This document shows, one piece after another, positions 10,948 through 22,850 of a stretch of 64,000 nt of DNA. The translations under genes were made by a program, and so were the position numbers. The notes beneath the pieces are model-generated. The model ran no database searches and was not told where the DNA came from. It saw nothing but the letters and a program-made list of their open reading frames with translations. Source of the stretch: Podospora anserina (lineage: Eukaryota); contig CM030332.1 of assembly GCA_017654855.1 (NCBI GenBank), forward strand, positions 6,138,001 through 6,202,000, written 5' to 3'. How positions within the stretch are numbered: position 1 is the stretch's first letter; every line of letters begins with the position of its first letter.

Positions 10948-12673
10948 ATGGACCGCGAGAGCGGTTCTACGGGGACGCCCCCTGTTATCACGAAGAAGAA
11001 GGGGAAGAAAACGGCAACGAAGAATAAGGGTGTTGACGCGAATGTAGGGACTTCTAACTTGAAGGAGACGATTACGGCGGACGAGCCTGCTGCTGCGAGT
11101 TCGAGTGTTGTGAAGGAGGTGGTGGTGGTGCCGAGCACGCCAAAGAAGAGCAAGGGGAAGAAGGGGAAGAAGGGTAGTGCTGTAAGTTGACTGCTTGCCA
11201 TGGGATAGGTTGTTGGGTTGCTGACACTGGAGGTAGAGCTTGGACAGTCACATCGAGTCATCCTCTTCCAAGACACCACAGCAAGAACAACAACCCAAGA
11301 AAGCGGCCGTGATAGGCTCGAATATGGCATTGGCCGAGTCGACGGGGGATTTCTTCGAAAAGGCAGCGGATGAGCTTCCTGTCAAGACAATGGCAACGTC
11401 AAATTCCAAGGGTGTGCAAGTCAATGGTGTGAATGGCGTCCGTGGCGGCCTGGATGACGAAAAGGAAAGACCAAGCGAAAAAGAAAATAGGCTTGTCAAT
11501 GGTGAACGGAGTGGGACAGCTACTCTCACCCAACGGAAGCAGCAGAAGAGTTCCGCTCTCAAAGTCAAAGACAACGACTACCCACCGCTTTACGATGACG
11601 ACGAACGGGAGGATCGCCGACTGGACCGAATTCAGGCCTATCGAGCTGCCGGGATCCGGTTCGCGCCGTGGAATATTCCTTATCGACGCCGGATGCAGAC
11701 CGTAGCGGTTATCATCCACTGCCTTAGCATCGCGTCGACGGTGTCGTTTTTCTTTTTCCTGTGCGCCATCCCGATCTTTTGGCCGCTGATTATCCCTTAC
11801 CTGCTGCACATGTCGCTGTCCAAAAACGCCACCGACGGGAGGTTGCGGATGCGTTCTGAGCGCTGGCGAAGGCTGCCGGTTTGGAAGCTGTTTGGGGAAT
11901 ACTTCCCTGCCAAGTTGCACAAGACACACGACTTGCCCCCGACGAGGAAGTACATTTTTGGGTATCACCCCCATGGCATCATCTCCCACGGAGCGTTTGC
12001 TGCTTTTGCCACCGAGGCACTGGGGTTTTCGGAGAAGTTTCCGGGCATCACCAATTCACTGTTGACGCTAGATTCCAACTTTAGGATCCCGCTCTACAGG
12101 GATTATATCCTCGCTTTTGGGCTTCAGTCTGTCTCCAAAGAGTCGATAACCAACATCTTGACCAAGGGCGGGCCGAACAACGAGGGGATGGGCAGGGCGG
12201 TGACGATTGTGGTTGGGGGAGCTAGGGAGTCGCTCGAGGCGCAGCCGGGGGTGATGAATCTGGTGCTGGCGGACAGGAAGGGGTTTGTCAAGATGGCCAT
12301 TAGGACGGGAGCCGATCTGGTGCCGGTGCTGGCGTTTGGGGAGAATGATCTGTATGATCAGCTTAGTCCGAAGACGCACCCTTGGTTGCACAAAGCCCAG
12401 ATGTGGGTGCTGAGGACGTTGAAGTTTACGTTGCCGTTTCTGCACGGGAGGGGGATTTTCAACTATGATGTTGGACTGATGCCGTACAGGAGGAGACTGA
12501 ATATTGTGGTGGGGAGGCCGATCATGGTGGCGCAGAAGAGGGAGGGGGAGATTGAGAATGAGGAGGTGAACAGGCTGCATAGCGAGTATGTGGGGGAATT
12601 GGAGAAGATGTGGGAGAGGTATAAGGATGTGTTTGCGGCCGGCAGAAGGGGGGAGATGAATATTTTGAAGTAG
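10948..12673 (+). CDS. DGA1: Diacylglycerol O-acyltransferase, DGAT2 family; exons 10948-11181 and 11237-12673
   Basis: DGAT2 motifs YFP, FGYHPHG, VVGGARE, RKGFVKMA, LVPVLAFGENDLY and VVGRPI, with an N-terminal TM segment. The GTAAGT..CTGAC..TAG intron (11182-11236) joins exon 1 in frame. Confidence 0.93.
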
Positions 12674-13194
12674 TTTTTCCTTTTGAGGATTTTGCGAGGT
12701 TTATAGACATTTGTTTTTTTTGGTTTGGTGATTCGGGTGTGGGAGCTAGTGTGCGAGGAACGCGTTTCGAGTTGAGCTCACGTGGTTGTTTTCTTGGTTG
12801 TGTAACGTAACGAGGATGGCGGAGAGAGGGTGAGGCACGGCAGCTCGGTTTTCTAAAATGTATTAATCCTGATAACAATTCATGTATTTTCTTTGGGCAA
12901 CTGATGATTTTCATGTTCAACACCGGGTGTTTGCAGCAGCGTGACCACACCGCCTATCACAGCCAGAAGCAATGAAGGCTCCGTGCTCTCCGCTTTCCAA
13001 CCTGAGAGCAAGGCTCGGGGCAGGTGACCAAACGATGAATTTCACGACTCTGTATCACCCGTCTGAAGAAAGGCAAACGGCTTGCTCTCGGGCAGGTGAG
13101 TATGTTCAACCCTCCCAAACAGCAGGAAAATCCCGTAGATAACAAGCCGTGACAGAGTTGCTCCTTCACGGCCACCGAGGATCTGTTGTTCGCG

Positions 13195-13608
13195 ATGGCT
13201 CCTACCCCATCCATCGAGTCAGCACCCCCACCACCACCATCACCAGGCATAAAGTCTTCCATCGTACCTCCAGAGAAAGAATCGACACCTACAGAAATCA
13301 CACCTCAACCTATAACCAACCGACCAGAATCACGCACAACGACCAACAACAAAAAACAGGAACCATGTGAACCGCCCTCTAGCTGCTTCTCCTCCCCTCG
13401 GCCGTACCACCACCACCCACCACCGCAGCCGAGTTTACTTGTCACCGCGCACAAGACCCACGACTACCGCCACGAGTTGTTGCCGTTCAGAAGAGAATGG
13501 TTTATGACCCATCCCACCAAGCTGGCGATCATCACGGCTCTGGTCATTGCCCTGCAAGTGGCAGTATGGGGGTTTCTGTGGGGCGTTTTTGGTGTAGGAC
13601 CAAGTGAG
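13195..13608 (+). CDS. Putative small membrane protein, first exon; 3' end unresolved
   Basis: MAPTPSIES... Pro-rich N-terminus followed by a hydrophobic helix (LAIITALVIALQVAVWGFLWGVFG), ending at a GTGAGT donor at 13609. No recognisable family. Confidence 0.35.
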
Positions 13609-13975
13609 GTGAGTGGGTTTAATGACGTCTCTTTTACTGCAGTTGGGATGAAACACATGTGGTTTTGTTACTCGCGTTGCCTAGGTAGTGTATGCTGTGC
13701 ATGTATGTATGTGTGTGCATATGCTCGGGGTAGTCAGCAGGGGTGGTTGGTTGGTGGGTGGGGGTGGGTGTTGACAGAAGAAAAAGAGGATGGGTGAAAA
13801 AAATCGGAGCAGTTTGGTCAGAGAGTTGCTGTTATTTTGACTTATATCCGGATCTGTTGAGGTACATGGTCGTCGAGGTGGTGCTGGTGGTGGTAGTATA
13901 AACAACTGTTTTATGCCCATCCCTTGTCATTTTCAACATCTGTGGTTATACCAGTCTGCGGTATACTCAATCATT

Positions 13976-15764
13976 ATGATTTTCGCGACGTTACTGATAA
14001 TTTCCTCTTTGTTATCCCAGACCACCTCAGCGTCGTCACCACCCCCCATAGCAAACCTCACCTACGCCGCCTTCTCCGGCCTCACCCTCCCAAACTCCGT
14101 CAACCAGTTCCTCGGCCTGCCCTACGCCCAGCCCCCAATTGGACCCTTCCGCTGGCGGTCCCCCTCCCCTCCTCTTCCTTCCTCGTCAGGATCAGGCCCA
14201 ATACCAGCCACCGAGTTCAAACCCATCTGTCTTGGGACGGGGGTGGCATACCCGACTCCGGGGCAGTCGGAAGACTGTCTTTATGCCAATATTTGGGCTC
14301 CGGCGAATGCAACGAGTGAGAGCAGGTTGCCGGTGTGGGTTTTTATTCAGGGAGGGGGGTATAATGCTTTGTCGAATTACAACTGGAATGGGAGTGAGGT
14401 TGTCGAGAGGAGCGGGTACGGGGTTGTGGTGGTGAATTTTAATTATAGGGTTGGGTTGTGGGGTTTTTTGGCTGGGGGGGGAGGGGATGGAGAGATGGAG
14501 TTGAATGTTGGGTTGAGGGATCAGAGGGGGTTGTTGGGGTGGGTGCAGAGGGAGATAGTGCAGGTGAGTTTGTGAGATGTCTCTGAAAAGGGGGGAAGGC
14601 TGATGTGAAAGATAGTTTGGAGGTGATCCTGAGCATGTTGTTATGCACGGTGCGTCTGCGGGGGCTGGATCGGTAGCTATGCATCTTATTGCCAATGGGG
14701 GAAGAGATGACGGGTTGTTTCACGGGGCGATACTCGAGTCGATATTCTTTCCCGCTCAGCCGTTTGTTGGGGAACTGGGGTGGCAGTTTGAGAGGGTGTT
14801 GAATCAGACTGGTTGTAAAGGGGGGAACTCGACGGAGGGGGAGATGGATTGTTTGAGAAACACGGACGTGAAGGTGTTGCAGGAGGTGGCGAATCATGCT
14901 CAGCCTTTTCCTGGGAAGGCTGATCCGCCGTTGCCCGTTTTCTACTGGACGCCTTGTGTAGATGGGGAGTTGATTCAGGATTTTCCGTACAAGTTGTTTA
15001 AGCAAGGGAAGAATGTGAAGGTGCCGATTATGATGGGGACGGCATCGAATGGTATGTTTTTACCCCCCCTGACTCTCCGGTCTACTATCTACTAACATAT
15101 TAATGCCTGTGATGTAGAAGGGACAGTCTTCACCCCCAACATCACCACCCCCCAGCAGTTCACCACCTTCTTCTCCAACAACTACCCTCTCCTCGCTGCC
15201 ACAGATACCACCTCCGTTTTGTCGCGCTACACCCCTCCCAATTTCAACACAACCCCCTATTTCAACCCCCCTAACCGACCACCCTTCTACGGAGTCTTGG
15301 CAACCGCCTATGGAGAAAGCACATTCATCTGCCCCCAGACAAATGTCCTGAATTACCTCTCTGTTGACAACACTTCCTCCCTATGGGCATACCGGTACAA
15401 CGTCCACGACGACGAAAACACCCGCGACGGGCTGGGGGTTCCCCACCTGTGGGATGCGGGGGCGATTTGGGGACCGGGAAGTCTCAATTCTTGGGATCGG
15501 ACGGGGAGTTACAGGACGTATAACAAGGAACTGATCGAAAGGGTGAGGGGGTATTATTTTGGGTTTGTCAAGTATTTTGATCCGAATAGGGGGAGGTTGG
15601 GAACCGAGCCGGAGTGGGAGGGGTGGGTTGGGGGGAATGAGACCACAGGGAGGAGATTGCTGTTTGAGACGGAGGGGACGAGGATGGAGGTTTTGGAACA
15701 GGAAGAGAGGGAGAGATGTGGGTTTTGGTTGGGTTTGGGGGAGGGGAGGATGGAGCAGAGGTGA
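13976..15764 (+). CDS. Secreted type-B carboxylesterase/lipase (alpha/beta hydrolase); introns 14564-14615 and 15052-15117
   Basis: Signal peptide, FLGLPYAQPP, SEDCLYANIW, IQGGGY, NYRVG, nucleophile GASAG and His in GVPHLWD. Splicing restores FGGDP and NEG; spliced product about 556 aa. Confidence 0.92.
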
Positions 15765-16291
15765 TTTGAGGAAGGCGGTTTGTTGAATAGCAGCATAGCG
15801 ATAGGTTTGTATTGATACAGAGCAAGGTTACTGACTTTTGAAGTGGTGTCTGTAGAGTGTTCTTGAACGTGTTGTTCGTCGTTGTTCCTAAATAGGGGGC
15901 AGAACTCACGTTGTGTCCCTATAACCGCTCAAAACTATGACCTTAAATATGAGAAATATGCCGTGCAATTGTAAACTTGATGAGCATCACAAAAATGCCA
16001 TGATAAATCCCAATCGATATAAACAGTCAAACGCCCGTTGAAACACCATCCCAGCTGCTGGCAATAAAACACCCCGCAGTGTAACCCATGCGACCCAAAA
16101 AAAAAACACCAATAAACGCCACAGATGCCTTCCCTCAACCAAGAAACTTTCAAAACCGCAATGCATGCGTGCTCTCAGCCAATCATCACGTCATGTGTGC
16201 CATATACCCATTCTTACAACAAAACCCCAATAAACCCCATAAACTTCCCATATCTTGTTCCATCAATCTTGCAATCATTCCACTTCACTCC

Positions 16292-17417
16292 TCAAGCCGT
16301 GCCCCCAACGCTTTTACTCTGCTGCCCGGCTTGGTTCCCCTTGGAGTATATCCGAAACTGCACAAAAATGACCCCGTCCTCGACGATCGTCCCAAAACTC
16401 CCGAGTAGCCACGGTAGGGCCCTGAGGAGGTAGTCCCTGTCTTGGCTGTAACTCATCACGCTGGCTCCATAGGTGAAGTTGCCTGTTAGGGAGAGCAAAA
16501 AGAACAGCAGGGCCAAGCCTTCGCACGATTTCTCCTTGTAGTTTTTGATGATTTGGGGGATGCGCGCACTAAAACACGGGTTTTCTTTTGTTAGTGTCTG
16601 GATGTTGGGTCAGGAAAAGGAAGGCGACTCACCAGAGATAACAAACAGCCGAGATGTAGCCCAACACCATCCCGATAATCGCCTGTGGTTCAGCAGAGAT
16701 GGGATCGGTGTCGACCGGAACGTCTGGGGAGTCCCATGCACCCATCCGGTAGGAGACGAACCACCCTGCTCCGCCTACCACCCACACGGCTAGAAGGGAG
16801 AGGGCGTTGTGAAGCCATGGGTTGGAGTCAGGGGTGTCGTCCTCGCCGGTTATGATTCTAGTCAACGGGTCGAGGTTAGACGAGCGGCGGCGGCGGTGGG
16901 TGGAGTGGCGTCTGTGGGAGCCGGGCAGGAGGGTCTGGGAGTCGGACCTGGGGCGGCGGTGTTCGGTTACAAGGGGTGTTTCCTCGTTGGCCGGGGTGTC
17001 TTCCACTGCGGTGGTGTCAGAGTCGGCAGAGGGGTGGCGGTGGGAGTGCCTGCGGTGACCAGGGTGGTGGTGGTGCTGTTCGCGTGCGCGCCGGCGGGCG
17101 TTGATGGTGTTGTAGTAGGTGCACTGGGTGATGAGGATCAAGTCGGCGACACAAAAGTACATGCCGAGAGCGATCGAGGAGGGGGCGAGGGAAGTCCAGA
17201 GCGCGCCAGAGAGGTTGGCAATGTCACCGAGGAGCCAGATGAGGAGGAATTTCATGGACAGCGCGTCGGCAGATTTGGACTTGTAATTTGCGATTAATTG
17301 CGGGAGGAGGAGGCATATCCAGGCCGTCAGAGAGACGCTGCCAAAGATTCCCGACAGGGCCTCACCGGCAGTGGGCGCCTGGAGTATCGATGGGAGGCTC
17401 ATGATGAGGCTCGCCAT
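16292..17417 (-). CDS. PQ-loop vacuolar/lysosomal cationic amino-acid transporter (Ypq/PQLC2-like); intron 16569-16632
   Basis: Two PQ motifs: LLLPQLIANYKSKSADALS, and ARIPQIIKNYKEKSCEGL after splicing. Also LPWLLGSFGTIVED and multiple TM helices. Confidence 0.92.
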
Positions 17418-18553
17418 GACGCAGGTTTTGCGATCAAGGGTCAGGTAGGTGTGTTTTCGATTAAGAACGATAAGGATTGAAAGGTAAGGAAATAGTTCAG
17501 AAACAGGTCATAAGCGTCGTCGAGGCCGAGATGTTGTCGGCAGCAAAGCTTTTACACCTTGACACAGAGGATCAGGTGAGGAGGTTTGGGGAGCTGTCAC
17601 GGTCTGTGAAATCTGAGTCAAGTCTGTTAAGACCTCTCTCTGAGCGAGCTTATCGCCATGCCCTGGTCCAGTGAGATCTGCAGAGATAAGAGGGCCCCGA
17701 CCCCGGAAAGGGTTTAAAGCTCTGCGCCCCCGCCATCCCCCACGTTGGTTCTTGCGCCTCTGGTTGGACCTTTTCGGCCTTGATCTGACTGCACATTTGC
17801 ATCACCCGTCCAAGTCCCTGCAGGTATCACGCAGCTTGGACGGCGCGGCAGGCATTTTGACTTGAGCTGTGTGTGTTGTATTCCTCTCCAGACACCGCAC
17901 CAATATTTCCAATGCCATGGTCGTCACCATCAAACGGTCATCGAGGTGCACCGGAGCCCCGCCGTTTCTTGGATGCTTTTGCGGGGGAGTAGCGTGCCAA
18001 GGGGTCGATTCTGGTGAATCTGCCCAGTCATCTTCACCTATTACGCATCACTGCCTGCCGGGAGCATGGATAGCCAACTTGGCAAGCTGCCGGCACTCCG
18101 TTCAGCATCCGATGATGTAGAGGATAAGCTTCTCAATTCAATGTTAGTCGATGACAAGTGCCGATACAAATGCCATTGTAGAGGGAAAAAGACTGGTGAC
18201 CACTACAATGTCGAAGTTTGAGACTCGTGCTGTTGTGCTCAGCAATGTGGCACATGTGAGAGTTCCTCGACGTTGGACCCCTGTTGGCACCTGTTTGAAT
18301 TGATTCGCTGGGAGGGTTCCTCTGCCAACATTTGGTGTGGGCGGCTGAGGCGGTCAGCCACCCAGCGGCTGCTCTGATCGGGTGTCGGGCATATCAGATG
18401 GACTTGCCACGGTCACTCATCCACCATCATCCAAGACATCTTGTGACAGTATATCATTTTTGCTTTGTGTAGCACGTATTCTGCATTTTGTGTATCACAT
18501 TGTTTTGCTGGTATTTGCGTTCATTGCGTTGATAGAGAAGCACCACAGACACG

Positions 18554-19643
18554 ATGAGGCTATCGTCGGTTGCAGTGAGCGCTGCAGCGTTGCGGGGGGC
18601 CTTGGCGTGGGGAGGTGAGTTTGTTTACTTTTGATGTCTCCATATCATTTTCATCCATGAGATGAGATGAGATGAGATGGAAGGATGCTGATCAGATGGA
18701 CAACAGGCTTTGGTCACATTACCGTCGCCTATATCGCCTCCAACTTCGTCTCTGACTCCACCACCTCCTATCTTCAGACCCTCCTCCGCAATGACACCGG
18801 CGACTACCTCGCCGGCGTTGCTACCTGGGCAGATTCTATCCGGTACACCAAATGGGGCCGCTTCACCTCGGGCTTCCACTTCATCGACGCCCATGACAAT
18901 CCGCCGACCTACTGCGGCGTAGATTACGACCGTGACTGCAAGAAAGAAGCCGGTTGCGTGGTCAGCGCTTTGCAGAACTACACCTCCCAGCTTCTTGACA
19001 CTGAGCTTCCACTCTGGCGGCGAGCACAGGCAGCAAAGTTTGTGATTCACTTTGTTGGTGATATTCACCAACCGCTACATACCGAGGATGTGGCGAGGGG
19101 AGGCAACGGAATTCATGTTACGTTTGAAGGAAAAGAGCTGAATTTGCACCATGTGTGGGATACGAGCATTGCCGAGAAGTTGGTGGGCGGCATTCGCAGG
19201 AAGCCGTATCCGTTTGCGAAAAAATGGGCCGACGAGTTGACGGAGGAGATCAAGAGTGGGAAGTACGCGGCGGAGAGCAAGTCCGGCTGGCTAAGGGGGA
19301 CGAATATCACGGATCCGATTGCTACGGCTCTAGGGTGGGCGGTTGAGGGCAATGCGTTGGTTTGCACTACCGGTAAGTTTTTGGTAACCTTCGAAGGTCA
19401 AAGACAAAAGCTAACATGTCTCGGTCAGTATTGCCAGAAGGCGCGGAAGCCATCGAGGGCCAGGAGCTGGGAACGGACTACTACGAAAAGGCCGCTCCTG
19501 TCGTCGAGGAGCAGGTTGCAAAGGCTGGCTTCCGGCTGGCTGCTTGGTTGGACTTGATCATCTCGAGCCTCAAGACTCTTGAGCTGCCAGCCTCGTCGGA
19601 GCCAGAGCCAGATCTGGATTCGGATGTGCCAGGAGACCTCTAG
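18554..19643 (+). CDS. Secreted S1/P1 nuclease; introns 18615-18706 and 19373-19428
   Basis: Signal peptide, then the spliced mature N-terminus WGGFGH. Zn-binding S1/P1 motifs ATWAD, HFIDAHD, HFVGDIHQPLH, NLHHVWD and KAGFRLAAWL. Confidence 0.95.
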
Positions 19644-22600
19644 AAAAGTGTCTCATAGGTGGTACAACGAAGGATCCAGGATGACGGGTTAGGTGCGGTG
19701 ATCGTGGCTTCGGTAGTTGAGACGGCATATTTCTCTTATTCATGAAACGATTTGCGTTCTGTCGTCGTCGAGAATAGTTCTGCCGAGAGCAGTGATCATC
19801 GGTGATATTCATTTTTGCATGATGGAAACCGTGGCCGCTGACCATCTCCGAGAATAGCCACATGCTGTGGATGTAGGCTGTGTCTGAACGTGCCGGACAA
19901 CGTCATGACTACCCATCAATGGTTTGTCTTTGGCGTCAAGGGGAGGCAGCAGTGGGCTGTAGTCGTAGCGTAGCTAGAGCTCCCCGAGGATTCCAGCGAT
20001 TATCTGTTTCGTTTTGGTGATCTTTCGTCACGGGCCTGCGGCAATTGCGACGGGTAACGTTGAGAAACTGGATGGTGCCCTGTTGCCTCGAGGATGAGAG
20101 CTGCCGATTCATCCGCTGTGACCTTCACGGAGCGTGCTGGCCAAGTGTCGGTTGCCATCCTCCATGTTTCTGTTTGCCAACCTCCTCGCTCCTATGTGTA
20201 TGTGTCCGAGTGTCCGCTGTAGGACCGAGGCGTTGGCTCGGGGTCAGAGTTGCATCGTTTCATAGTGCACAGGCGGTGATTTCCTCCTAATGTTGCAGGC
20301 CCGGGAGATGTGAGGGGTCTTTTGTCTGTCTCATGAGGCTCAGGGGTTTGCTTCAAAAATCTTGGCACAGGGGACCCCTGTCTTTGCACAACCCCAGGTT
20401 TGTGGACACCTTTCTTATCTTATCGCGATCTTCCCGACGTCAGTCAGCGGCATCAGATCAAGATAAACGGAAGGATTGCTCTCTCCAACTTTGTACGACT
20501 TGATGATGGGAGCCACGGCCATTTATGTCCAACTCGGCCGAGTTGAAGAACGCATGGTCTGCTGTGATCCAACCTAGAGATTTGGGCTGGCTCTGAGCAT
20601 TTTCGGGTCACCTATCTTCGACGATAGGGCCCCATTTGCTTGTCATCCAAAGTTGTTCATATAGGTAGGCAAGAGAGTTGGGATGGAAGTGGGACGAAAC
20701 AAGTCGTTGGACAGGGCTTGCAAAAATAGGGTTGTTTCGATCGTGTTGCCACGGGATCTTTTTTGTCAAGGTTAGATTACAAATTTGGCCTCCCCCTTTC
20801 GCCGTGGGTGTCATTCTACAGTCGCATCAGCATCGATACCCCAGAAACCATGACTGATGAGGCAGGCACCAGGAACGACGGGGTCGGGACGGAAACAGCC
20901 TCAACGATTCAACTGTATTGAAATATGCAGGCCCACGGCTCGACACGCAGCTTATTTGCTCCAAGCTTCAACTTTGGACGAACTACCAAATGACAAGACC
21001 ATCAAAAAGGGGGTGGCCTGGAAGCAAAGCTGTGCTCATCTGTCAGGATTGCGACTGTGAGATCCTATCCAGATATTTCGCTGTGGCGCTGTGTGTCATG
21101 AAAGGATTTCCAAGCCAAGGTGCTCATTAATTAGCTGCCTTGAACTGCTGGTCTCCGGTCACGGTCTTGGGCCGACGGGGTATTTCTTTTATGTTGAAAT
21201 CTCCGTCGAATGTGACGTTGTCGATGTAATTCGTATTCTTCGGAACAGCCGTGCTGGATTTTGGTTGACCAAACGAAGCGGCTGACTTTTAGCGGTGTAA
21301 TCAGCTATCTCCTATTCCCGACAGCTACAGTGACGAGTTGATGGAGAAGCAAAACAGCTTCTGATACAGATACATATAAGCAGGGCCCCATGCGCAGAGG
21401 AAATAGATGAAGATCGCACCCTCAATCTGTACACATTCTCCGAGCGGCTGTCGGTACGCGGCGGCGGCTCCTCCCTGTGCCGGCCGGCGGCTGATGGAAG
21501 GCATCTCTGTCGGAGTCGGGAGCCCGAGAAGCGCCTTCAAGGAGAAGTGAAGAATAAGTGGGGGATGAACTGACTTACAAGGAGGAGAACTCATGCTCGC
21601 TCGCTTGCGCTTCATCCCGAGACACAAGCTGCCCGATCGCCACGAAGCGAGGGCGCTGATTGGCCAGAGGCACAAATTGACATGGATGCCATTGGCTTTC
21701 TGGGACAGAAGCCGCATCAACTTTCTCGTAGCGTTTCCCAACCGCACGCACGGCGCTCCAGATGTAGATGCAGTTGGCGCCCAGCAATTTGCTCTGCTAC
21801 ACGAAAGAAGAAAGCCAGCGCTTTGTGTCCCCTCCAAGATCCGTACGGCCGCCATTTTCGTGTCCAAGACGGCCGCTGTGGACGGCGAGCAACTGGCCCT
21901 CCCGGCACTTGAAAAATCTGGGGAGTCGATGTGCAGGCGCCTCGCTGGCCAACTGTGAAGACCGCCAAATATTCGATGAATATTGGACAATGGCATGGCA
22001 GATGAGCCAATGACAGCTGCCTTCCTGCAGTCAAGATCCTCCAAGAAGCCATATCTGCAAGGTACACTTTCCTCTTTTGTTATTGAGGGTGTGTGGGTGT
22101 GTTCCCCCCCCCCCTCCCTACCCCACGTCTGAGAGCCGCAGTTGCTGAGTACTGTTGAGGTTTGACATTTCTCCGCTCTCTTGCAGAGAGCTGTCGGATT
22201 CCATCCTTTTGTGCCACCCTCCGTCAGACGGCTCTGACATACCCCCTTGCCATCCCTTTCTCTCTCTCCCTGCGTGGTGTTTTGGAATCGCGGAGCTGCC
22301 ACCCCAGCATCCCTACCACCAAGCACCTCCTGCTCCGTCCTCCTGCCGCTCAGCTCGCCGTGCCCTCATCCTGGTCTTCCTGGTCCCGGGATGCTTGGCG
22401 GCAACGTCCCATGTCTTCTTTTTCTTCGCTGGAGACTCGCCAGGGCTCGAAACTGCTTGGCTTGCTGGGGTGTGAGAAACGTCGGCTTGGCGGTATCGTC
22501 GGATCGCCGTCGCAGCATCCACCCTCGCCAGCCATTATGCCTCTTATAATGCCCATCCGCGATTCTTTACCCCTCTGCTCCCTTCTTCTTCGACCATGTC

Positions 22601-22850
22601 CCCTTCTTGCGGCCTGTGGTGATTTGTGTGTCGTTTTACTTTCTTTCCTTCATTCGTTCCTTTCTCGCCCCTTGTGGGTTGTACATTCTCCGTCGACACT
22701 AGCTGTCGTTTACCATTCCTTAACGACTTTTCAACTTTTCTGACGGTCTGGTACCATCTGCGCTTACGATTTCCTTCCTCCTCTCGACGGTCCGCCGATC
22801 TACATATCTCTCTCTCGTTGTTAGAAAGTTCTCGACTCTCAAACGCCATC

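Noticed and set aside
10948-19643. Possible lipid/nutrient-scavenging cluster (DGAT2, esterase, PQ-loop, nuclease)
   Set aside because: No backbone enzyme or shared motif seen; the adjacency is likely incidental.
21325-22326. 333-aa minus-strand ORF and overlapping plus-strand ORFs
   Set aside because: No codon bias, motifs or coherent splice structure; it overlaps the promoter of the N-rich secreted gene.
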